Source: a virus (taxonomy: Duplodnaviria; Heunggongvirae; Uroviricota; Caudoviricetes). From it: a stretch of DNA of 15,132 nt. Below the pieces are notes generated by a model. The model was given only the letters and a program-made list of their open reading frames with translations. It did no database searches and was not told the DNA's origin. The stretch lies in the IMG/VR virus record IMGVR_UViG_2627853771_000002; one strand, 5' to 3'. Of the stretch, positions 14,740 to 15,132 are shown piece after piece (position 1 is the first letter of the stretch; each line of letters opens with the position of its first letter). A program made the position numbers and the translations under genes.

Positions 14740-15132
14740 ATGTCTCAACGCAGGAAGGCGATGAGCTCACGTTCCAGTTATACAACCCAAACGGAGGGCT
14801 ATAACGTGGGATTTCCGTCGCCAGCTGCTGACTATGTTGAACGGCGTCTGACCGTTGATTCACTCTGCGGTACCGGCCCCAATACTCGGATAGTACAAAC
14901 AGAAACCGGCTATGCCGTAGTGGATTGCTTCGTAAAACCAAAGCAAGGAGATACCGTTTTAATTCAATACGGCGGCGGCACTGATTTTGCAAAAATTATG
15001 GGCCGGGCATTTATTACACGAGACGGTGAAGCGTTGGAAGGTGAGGCCCTGGATGATGTTACAGTTGTCGGGGTAGTGACATTCGTTATCAATCGGATAG
15101 GGAAGGATGATGATGATTATCCAGTAATATGA
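14740..15132 (+). CDS. UmuD-like (peptidase S24-like) protein, apparently lacking the catalytic serine and the Cys/Ala-Gly cleavage site
   Basis: GFPSPAADYVERR matches the conserved UmuD/MucA/RumA segment and the C-terminus (DDVTVVGVVTFVI) matches UmuD (LDVFGVVIHVV). Where those proteins have GDSM/GSSM, this one has GYAV, and VG replaces CG/AG before FPSPAADY. An alternative start is the ATG at 14761 (AGGAAGG upstream). The stop TGA at 15130-15132 overlaps an ATG at 15129. Confidence 0.7.
   Translation: MSQRRKAMSSRSSYTTQTEGYNVGFPSPAADYVERRLTVDSLCGTGPNTRIVQTETGYAVVDCFVKPKQGDTVLIQYGGGTDFAKIMGRAFITRDGEALEGEALDDVTVVGVVTFVINRIGKDDDDYPVI

Noticed and set aside
14708-14992. Minus-strand 94-aa ORF overlapping the UmuD-like gene
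   Set aside because: Antisense to a gene with conserved UmuD segments.
1-15132. CRISPR arrays, rRNA genes, or additional tRNAs
   Set aside because: No regularly spaced direct repeats with unique spacers and no further cloverleaf candidates were seen; the only tandem repeats are the short GAGAAAA(A)T copies and the invertase-end copies described above.

Overview
This window looks like the left end of a degraded lambdoid (Rac-like) prophage or genomic island integrated at the serU tRNA in an Enterobacteriaceae (E. coli-like) chromosome. All calls are from reading the sequence and the supplied ORF track by eye; no searches were run, so family names are recalled motifs and need confirmation. Layout, left to right: host mtfA (1-798, -), tRNA-Ser(CGA) (892-981, +), then a tyrosine integrase (-) closing a translationally coupled leftward operon (99-aa protein, ParB-like protein, 44-aa membrane peptide, 52-aa protein). 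Next is an immunity region bounded by two operator clusters built on the palindrome TTAGGC-N3-GCCTAA (about 3722-3772 and 6444-6486). It holds a CI/RacR-like repressor (5940-6416, -) and, downstream in the rexAB/sieB position, a roughly 390-aa protein with an HsdR-N-like PD-(D/E)xK nuclease domain (4579-5769, -). That gene is my best candidate for an undescribed exclusion or defence function; its 3' end is interrupted by a complete IS1 (3892-4659) with a 9-bp target duplication. Rightward genes are a YdaS/Cro-like and a CII/YdaT-like regulator, a Dam-family methyltransferase, and a RusA-like N-terminus fused to a glycine-rich tail. Further right is an AT-rich moron (HTH protein plus acyltransferase-3 O-acetyltransferase-like protein), a tail-fibre-like protein carrying carbohydrate-esterase motifs (GQSN, QGESD, DGLH), a 266-aa partner, and recombinase debris. 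The window ends with a near-consensus LexA box, a small ORF and a UmuD-like gene that appears to lack the catalytic serine and cleavage site. No replication, lysis or head genes, CRISPR arrays or rRNA are present.
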